This document shows positions 46,934 to 52,841 of a stretch of DNA of 52,841 nt, piece after piece; position 1 is the first letter of the stretch, and each line of letters begins with the position of its first letter. The translations under genes were made by a program, and so were the position numbers. Where the stretch lies: contig JANMCI010000126.1 of assembly GCA_031361245.1 (NCBI GenBank), positions 1 through 52,841 on the forward strand, written 5' to 3'. This DNA comes from Rhodobacterales bacterium (lineage in GTDB: Bacteria > Pseudomonadota > Alphaproteobacteria > Rhodobacterales > Rhodobacteraceae). The notes under the pieces are model-generated. The model saw only the letters and a list, made by a program, of their open reading frames with translations, did not search any database and was not told the DNA's origin.

Positions 46934-48238
46934 ATGATCCCGCGCTATTCCCGCCCCGACATGGTTGCCATCTGGTCGCCGGAGGCCAAATTCCGCATCT
47001 GGTTCGAGATCGAGGCCCATGCCTGCGACGCGCAAGCGGCCCTTGGTGTCATCCCCAAGGCCAATGCCGAGGCGGTCTGGAAGGCCAGGGATACCGAATT
47101 CGACGTGGCGCGGATTGACGAGATCGAGGCCGTTACCAAGCATGACGTCATCGCCTTCCTGACCCATCTGGCGGAGATCGTAGGCTCTGACGCGGCGCGG
47201 TTCGTGCATCAGGGGATGACCTCATCCGACGTTCTGGACACCACGCTGAACCTGCAACTTGTCCGGGCATCTGACTTGTTGATCAAGGGCTTGGACCGCG
47301 TTCTTGCAGCACTGAAGGCGCGGGCATTCGAGCACAAGGACACGGTACGCATCGGGCGCAGCCACGGTATTCACGCAGAGCCGACCACCATGGGCCTGAC
47401 CTTTGCACGGTTCTATGCGGAAATGGCGCGCAACCGGCAGCGGCTGCTGAATGCCAGAACCGAAATTGCCACCGGGGCGATTTCCGGGGCTGTCGGCACA
47501 TTCGCCAATATCGATCCGGCCGTGGAAGTCCATGTCTGCAAGATGCTGGGGCTGGAGCCCGAGCCGATCAGCACTCAGGTCATTCCGCGCGACCGCCACG
47601 CGATGTATTTTGCGACGCTTGGGGTGGTCGCCTCGTCGATCGAAAACGTCGCCATCGAAATCCGCCACATGCAGCGCACCGAAGTGCTGGAGGCGGAGGA
47701 ATTCTTCAGCCCCGGGCAGAAGGGGTCGTCGGCCATGCCGCACAAGCGCAATCCGGTGCTGTCGGAAAACCTGACGGGTCTGGCGCGGCTGGTGCGGATG
47801 TCGGTGATCCCGGCGCTGGAAAACGTGGCGCTGTGGCATGAGCGGGACATCAGCCATTCCTCGGTCGAGCGGGCGATTGGGCCGGACACCACGATCACGC
47901 TGGATTTCGCGTTGCACCGTCTGGCGGGTCTGGTCGAAAAGCTGGTGATCTACCCGGAGAACATGTTGGCGAACATGAACAAGTTTCGCGGGCTGGTGAT
48001 GAGCCAGCGGGTCCTGCTGGCTTTGACGCAAGCCGGCGTAAGCCGAGAGGACAGCTACCGCCTCGTTCAGCGCAACGCGATGAAAGTCTGGGAAAAGGGT
48101 GCGGATTTCAAGACCGAGCTTCTCGCCGACCCCGAAGTGACGGCTGCGCTTTCGCCGGCCGAGATCGAGGACAAGTTCGACCTTGGCTATCACACCAAGC
48201 ATGTGGACACGATCTTTGCGCGGGTCTTTGGCACCTGA
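46934..48238 (+). CDS. purB: Adenylosuccinate lyase
   Basis: MIPRYSR, HQGMTSSD, GRSHGIHAEP, QKGSSAMPHKRNP. Confidence 0.98.
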   Translation: MIPRYSRPDMVAIWSPEAKFRIWFEIEAHACDAQAALGVIPKANAEAVWKARDTEFDVARIDEIEAVTKHDVIAFLTHLAEIVGSDAARFVHQGMTSSDVLDTTLNLQLVRASDLLIKGLDRVLAALKARAFEHKDTVRIGRSHGIHAEPTTMGLTFARFYAEMARNRQRLLNARTEIATGAISGAVGTFANIDPAVEVHVCKMLGLEPEPISTQVIPRDRHAMYFATLGVVASSIENVAIEIRHMQRTEVLEAEEFFSPGQKGSSAMPHKRNPVLSENLTGLARLVRMSVIPALENVALWHERDISHSSVERAIGPDTTITLDFALHRLAGLVEKLVIYPENMLANMNKFRGLVMSQRVLLALTQAGVSREDSYRLVQRNAMKVWEKGADFKTELLADPEVTAALSPAEIEDKFDLGYHTKHVDTIFARVFGT

Positions 48239-48248
48239 ACGGCGGCTG

Positions 48249-48264
48249 TTCACCGCGCCTTAAC
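48249..48264 (+). promoter_or_regulatory. Near-consensus CtrA box upstream of the fliG-like gene
   Basis: TTCA-CCGCGCC-TTAAC, one mismatch from TTAA-N7-TTAAC, about 55 bp before the ATG. Confidence 0.5.
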
Positions 48265-48319
48265 CCGTTCCCTGCCAATCTGCCCCCAGCATTCAGAAGA
48301 ATCGAAGGGGCGTTCGCGC

Positions 48320-49390
48320 ATGTCGCCGGCCATGTTGTCTCACCTGTCCGCCCAAGGCGGCTACCTGTCCTCGGTTGGGAACCCACGCCGCCACCCTGTC
48401 AGCCCCCGCGAAAAGGCGGCGATCATCGTGCGGCTCTTGCTGGCAGAGGGCGCTCCGCTGAAGATTTCAGGCTTGCCCGAAGAAATGCAGACGGCGCTGG
48501 CCGCGCAGATGGGCCGGATGCGGCGGGTGGACCGAACAACGCTGCAAGAGGTTGTGATGGAGTTCGTGACCGAGCTGGAGGAGGTCGGTCTGTCCTTCCC
48601 CGGCGGGTTGGAAGGGGCGCTGTCGATGATGGACGGCCATATCTCGACCAATGCGGCAACCCGGTTGCGGCGGATGAACGGCGGCAATTCCAGCGTTGAC
48701 CCGTGGGAGCGGATCATGACCGTTCCGGTCGAGATTCTGGCAACGGCATTGGAGGAGGAAAGCGTCGAAGTGGCGGCGGTCGTGCTGTCAAAGCTGCCAA
48801 TCCAGAAGGCGGCCGAATTGCTGGGCAAGTTGCCGGGGGCAAGGGCGCGCGCGGTGGCCTATGCCGTTTCACAGACAGGCGACATCGATCCCGATACGGT
48901 GCGGCGGATCGGCATGTCGATCGCGGCGCAGGTTGATCAGCAACCGATCAAGGCGTTCGATGTGGATCCCGGCGAACGGGTCGGCGCCATTCTGAACATC
49001 GCCGCGGCGTTCACCCGGGACGATGTGCTGAAGGGATTGCAGGAAGCCGACGCCGGTTTTGCCGAGCTGGTGCGAAAGTCGATCTTCACCTTTGAACACA
49101 TCAAGGCGCGTCTCGCCCCGCGCGATGTGCCCAAAGTGGTCCGCGTCGTTGATCAGCCGGTGCTGGTGACGGCGCTGGCCGCCGCCCAGAACAATCCCGA
49201 ACAAGCGCAAAGCGCAGAGCACATCCTTGCCAACCTCTCGCAACGCATGACGCAAAGCCTGAAGGAAGAAATCGCCACACGCGGAAAGATCAAGGACAAG
49301 GACGCCGAAGAGGCCATGACAGCCATCATCATGGCAATCCGCCAGTTGGAGGGCACGGGTGAAATCGTGCTCGTCACGCCGGAAGACTGA
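48320..49390 (+). CDS. fliG: Flagellar motor switch protein FliG-like
   Basis: REKAAIIV, A.VLSKLP..KAAELL, IFTFEHI, ILANLSQRM, D.EEAM..I...IRQLE. Confidence 0.85.
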   Translation: MSPAMLSHLSAQGGYLSSVGNPRRHPVSPREKAAIIVRLLLAEGAPLKISGLPEEMQTALAAQMGRMRRVDRTTLQEVVMEFVTELEEVGLSFPGGLEGALSMMDGHISTNAATRLRRMNGGNSSVDPWERIMTVPVEILATALEEESVEVAAVVLSKLPIQKAAELLGKLPGARARAVAYAVSQTGDIDPDTVRRIGMSIAAQVDQQPIKAFDVDPGERVGAILNIAAAFTRDDVLKGLQEADAGFAELVRKSIFTFEHIKARLAPRDVPKVVRVVDQPVLVTALAAAQNNPEQAQSAEHILANLSQRMTQSLKEEIATRGKIKDKDAEEAMTAIIMAIRQLEGTGEIVLVTPED

Positions 49391-49428
49391 CGCCGGGTTG
49401 ATGACCGTCTGTCAGGCGGTGCTGCGGA

Positions 49429-50319
49429 TCAGTCGTCCGCCGTTTCTTTGGGACCCTCATCGCTGATCGCTGCAGCGGCCGGTTTCTTCGGCGCGCGGCT
49501 GCGCGTCGCAGGAGCGCGCGGCTTGGCAGAGGCGTCCTTGGAGGAGGCAGCCGCCTCAACCGGTGCGACCAGAACAACGGGCGCTGCCGGCACGGGCTCG
49601 GCCACCCGGTGCTCGGCCTGTCGTTCCGTACGGTCCTGCTGCGGCTGATCTACCCGCGGCGGATAGCTGCGACGCTGCTCGTCACGCGGGCGGTCAAAAC
49701 GTGGACGATCATTGCGGCGCGGTTCTTCATGGCGTACCGGACGCGGCGCTGCCTCGGGCGTTTCGACCAGTCCTGCATCATCATCGCGCATATGGTCGAC
49801 AAGATCATGGGCCGTCACGACGGGCTGCTCATCGGGAACATCTGCACGGAATTCGGCGCGGTAGTCCGGGCGATAATCGCCACGGTCATCGCGGCGCTGT
49901 TCGCGTTCACCGCCCTGCTGACGGTCGCGGTTCTGATTTTGGCCAGCGTTCGGGTTGCCATTCTGGCCACCGTTCTGGTTGCCGTTCTGGTTGCCGTTCT
50001 GGTTGCCCTGCTGAGTGTTCTGCTGAGTGTTCTGCTGCTGATACTGCTGGCGGTTTTCCTGCTCGGCGGCCAGCTCGCGGTTCGCCTCGGCCAGGAGCCG
50101 TGTGTAGTGTTCGGCATGTTGCAAGAAGTTCTCGGCCGCCACGCGGTCGTTGGACAGCTGGGCGTCACGGGCAAGAAACTGATACTTCTCGATCAACTGA
50201 GCGGGCGTGCCGCGGACCTTGCCTTCGGGGCCAGAGCTGTCGAAGACGCGGTTGATGATGTTGCCGAGAGTGCGCGGGCGGTTCGTTTTCGAACGCGAAC
50301 GGGACTTGGAAGAGCGCAT
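49429..50319 (-). CDS. DUF4167 domain protein
   Basis: NRVFDSSGPEGKVRGTPAQLIEKY..LARDA...AENFLQHAEHY, followed by a long disordered tail. Confidence 0.92.
   Translation of the reverse strand: MRSSKSRSRSKTNRPRTLGNIINRVFDSSGPEGKVRGTPAQLIEKYQFLARDAQLSNDRVAAENFLQHAEHYTRLLAEANRELAAEQENRQQYQQQNTQQNTQQGNQNGNQNGNQNGGQNGNPNAGQNQNRDRQQGGEREQRRDDRGDYRPDYRAEFRADVPDEQPVVTAHDLVDHMRDDDAGLVETPEAAPRPVRHEEPRRNDRPRFDRPRDEQRRSYPPRVDQPQQDRTERQAEHRVAEPVPAAPVVLVAPVEAAASSKDASAKPRAPATRSRAPKKPAAAAISDEGPKETADD
49954..50037 (-). repeat. Seven imperfect 12-bp coding repeats (QQNT/QNGN)
   Basis: Plus-strand units GTTGCCGTTCTG and AGTGTTCTGCTG with variants, in register from 49954 to 50037. Confidence 0.9.
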
Positions 50320-50557
50320 TGGGTCCTTTGATCCAGATATCCGCTTGATCTGCACCAGACACTTTCCGGTGTCTCTCCCAAAATTCGGGCATAGGCAGTC
50401 AAGGTCGGGTTGGCACGCGCCTCAGGCTTGACCGTTGATCGGCCCGCCCCGTTGCACGTGAAAGTGGTTAAGCATGGGCGGCATGGGCTGACAAGTGCTT
50501 TTCGGCAAGGCTCGGCGAAAACTCGGCTGATTCACGCTAAAATTGGTCGAAACTGCA

Positions 50558-51394
50558 TCACGTGGCGGGTTTGACGCCGATTACCACCCGGTCGCGGCCA
50601 TCCATATCCTGGCGCAGCGCGATACCCTGCAGTCCGGCCTCGGCAAAAAGCTGGGCGACCGCCCTGCTCTGGGTCGGGCCGATTTCCACCATGAGCCGCC
50701 CCCCCGGTGTCAGATGTTCGGGCGCGCCAGCACTGATCGCGCGATAGGCGTCCAGCCCGTCACCACCGGGGGTAAGGGCCAGATGCGGCTCCCAGTCGCG
50801 CACTTCGGGTGCCAGACCCGCCATCTCGGCGGCGGCGATGTAGGGCGGGTTCGAGACGATGAGGTCGAAGGCCTGCGTGACGGGCTCGTACCAACTGCCC
50901 TGGCGCAGAACCATCGGGCCTTCCATCGCGTAGTCGCGCTGGTTGGCTTGGGCCACCGAAAAGGCTTTGGGAGACAGCTCCACGCCCAGACCCCAGCTGT
51001 CCGGGCGTTCCATCAGCAAAGTCAACAGAATGCAACCGGTTCCCGTGCCAAGATCAAGGACATGCAGAAAGGGCTGTTCCAGCGCCGCCGCAACCAGCGT
51101 TTCGGTTTCCGGGCGCGGGTCCAGCACGTCGGGCGTCACGCGAAAAGAGCGGCCCCAGAACAGGCGCCGCCCGGTGATCTGCGCAACGGGTTGCCGCGCC
51201 TCCCGCGCCAGTACCGCGGCCTCGAAACGCGCTTGAATGTCGTCGGAAAGCGGGTCGTCAAGATGCATGGTCAAGCGATCAGCGGGCACCTGCATCGCAT
51301 GGGCAAGCAGGATCCGCGCATCGCGGCCCGGCCCGTCAACCCCGGCCTGCGACAACCGGGGGATCGCCAGACGCAGGGCCTCGGCCGCCTTCAT
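50558..51394 (-). CDS. prmC: Release factor glutamine methyltransferase
   Basis: [20 protein letters not shown]; ATGA overlap with prfA. Confidence 0.97.
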   Translation of the reverse strand: MKAAEALRLAIPRLSQAGVDGPGRDARILLAHAMQVPADRLTMHLDDPLSDDIQARFEAAVLAREARQPVAQITGRRLFWGRSFRVTPDVLDPRPETETLVAAALEQPFLHVLDLGTGTGCILLTLLMERPDSWGLGVELSPKAFSVAQANQRDYAMEGPMVLRQGSWYEPVTQAFDLIVSNPPYIAAAEMAGLAPEVRDWEPHLALTPGGDGLDAYRAISAGAPEHLTPGGRLMVEIGPTQSRAVAQLFAEAGLQGIALRQDMDGRDRVVIGVKPAT

Positions 51395-52446
51395 CCCTCC
51401 ATTTCCGCCAGTTTCGTCGCCTGATCATGGGCCACCAGCGCTTCGATCACCTCGGTCAGGTCGCCGCCCATGATCTGCGACAGCGAATAGAGGGTCAGAT
51501 TGATGCGATGATCGGTCATCCGCCCTTGCGGGAAGTTGTAGGTGCGGATGCGTTCGCTGCGGTCGCCCGAGCCGACCTGCGCCTTGCGGTCAGCGGCGCG
51601 GGCGCTGTCAACCCGCTCTCGCTCCATCGCGTAAAGCCGGGCGCGAAGGACCTGCATCGCCATATCGCGGTTGCGGTGCTGGGATTTCTGGGCCGAGGTC
51701 ACAATAATGCCGGTCGGCAAGTGTGTGATTCTAACCGCGGAATCAGTCGTGTTGACGTGTTGGCCACCTGCCCCGGACGCGCGCATCGTATCGATGCGGA
51801 TGTCAGACTGCGGGATCACCAGATCAACCTCCTCCGCCTCGGGCAGCACTGCGACGGTGGCAGCGGAGGTGTGGACGCGGCCCTGTGCCTCGGTTTCCGG
51901 AACACGCTGGACACGGTGGACGCCGCTTTCGTATTTCAGCTTGGCAAAGACACCCTCGCCCTTGATGCTGACAGAGACTTCCTTGATGCCGCCCAGATCG
52001 CTGTCCTGCTGGTCGAGGATCTCGAACTGCCATCCCTGGCTTTCCGCATAACGCTGATACATCCGCAAAAGGTCGGCGGCAAAAAGGGCGGCCTCATCCC
52101 CGCCGGTTCCGGGGCGGATTTCCATGATGGCCGAGTGGGTGTCGGCGGCATCCTTGGGCAACAGGGCAAGGCGAAGGCGCTGTTCCATCTCGGGAATACG
52201 CTGGCGCAGGACCGGCAGCTCTTCTTCGGCGAGTGCCTTCATTTCGGGGTCGGACAGCATCGCCTCGGCTTCGCTGACATCGTCAAGAGCCTGACGATAG
52301 GCGGCAATTTCCTCGGCCACGGGCTTGATGTCGGAATATTCGCGCGACACGGCGGCAATTTCGGCGGGGGCTGCGCCAGCGTTCAGGCGCGCTTCGAGAT
52401 ATTCGAAGCGCTGGGTGATCTGGGCGAGTTTTTCAAGCGGAACCAT
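51391..52446 (-). CDS. prfA: Peptide chain release factor 1
   Basis: [10 protein letters not shown] (PxT), [20 protein letters not shown]. Confidence 0.98.
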   Translation of the reverse strand: MVPLEKLAQITQRFEYLEARLNAGAAPAEIAAVSREYSDIKPVAEEIAAYRQALDDVSEAEAMLSDPEMKALAEEELPVLRQRIPEMEQRLRLALLPKDAADTHSAIMEIRPGTGGDEAALFAADLLRMYQRYAESQGWQFEILDQQDSDLGGIKEVSVSIKGEGVFAKLKYESGVHRVQRVPETEAQGRVHTSAATVAVLPEAEEVDLVIPQSDIRIDTMRASGAGGQHVNTTDSAVRITHLPTGIIVTSAQKSQHRNRDMAMQVLRARLYAMERERVDSARAADRKAQVGSGDRSERIRTYNFPQGRMTDHRINLTLYSLSQIMGGDLTEVIEALVAHDQATKLAEMEG

Positions 52447-52464
52447 GGCCGGGGTTTGGCCGTT

Positions 52465-52841
52465 TCAGGACGTTTGGTCAAGGGCAGTGAGCCAGTCGCT
52501 GAGCCGCGCCGCGTTCACCCCCATGTCGCCCTGCCCGTAACGCTGGCGCGCAACCACCGCTATCCGGAACCACAGACCGTCCCGGGCGACCTCGGCGGTC
52601 GTGAAGTCGGGAAAGCCCCATAGTGCCGAGCGGGTTACCCAGGTCATCATCCCGTCCTCCGGCCTGCCCCCCACCCGAGCGGTGCGCGGGAACGAAAGCG
52701 CAATACGGTCAAGTTTTCGCAGGACATCAGCCGCCGACGTCCCGGCGACGATTTTCAGCGCATAGGCGCCACCCGGCATCAAAACCGGACCGTCCGTGTC
52801 GCCCGGCGGATACAGCACCCAATTCTGCCACCCCGCACTGT
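52465..52841 (-). CDS. DUF1499 family protein, 5'-truncated by the window edge
   Basis: TWVTRSALWGFPDFTT and RQRYGQGDMGVNAARL; the frame stays open to the window end. Confidence 0.85.
   Translation of the reverse strand, partial: SAGWQNWVLYPPGDTDGPVLMPGGAYALKIVAGTSAADVLRKLDRIALSFPRTARVGGRPEDGMMTWVTRSALWGFPDFTTAEVARDGLWFRIAVVARQRYGQGDMGVNAARLSDWLTALDQTS

Overview
A high-GC alphaproteobacterial chromosomal segment. Gene content and order point to Rhodobacterales (inference). It is mostly core housekeeping genes: dgt/erpA/xth, yajC-secD-secF, serS, yfgM-like/bamB-like/der, an Atm1-type exporter, sodB, soxBDAG, ccmI-ruvX, nnr, glnB-glnA, dddP, purB, an orphan fliG, prfA-prmC. The left edge is the decayed border of an element integrated at tRNA-Leu(CAA): a tyrosine-integrase 3' remnant cut by an IS5-family (IS903 group) element, whose transposase is itself interrupted by a 39-bp palindromic insert. 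I see no CRISPR array, rRNA or recognisable defence system, and I cannot claim a complete new system. The best leads are: (i) a dispersed intergenic element (GTCC..GGAC hairpin plus phased TTAAC half-sites) at three operon 3' ends; (ii) an alpha/beta-hydrolase split by about 8 transmembrane helices; (iii) sharply bounded low-GC patches inside the core genes nnr and serS; (iv) two adjacent unknown proteins sharing a C-terminal membrane motif; (v) an orphan ArsR head-to-head with the Atm1 exporter; (vi) a dddP / DUF3445 divergent pair. All family calls come from motif recognition by eye; no database searches were run.
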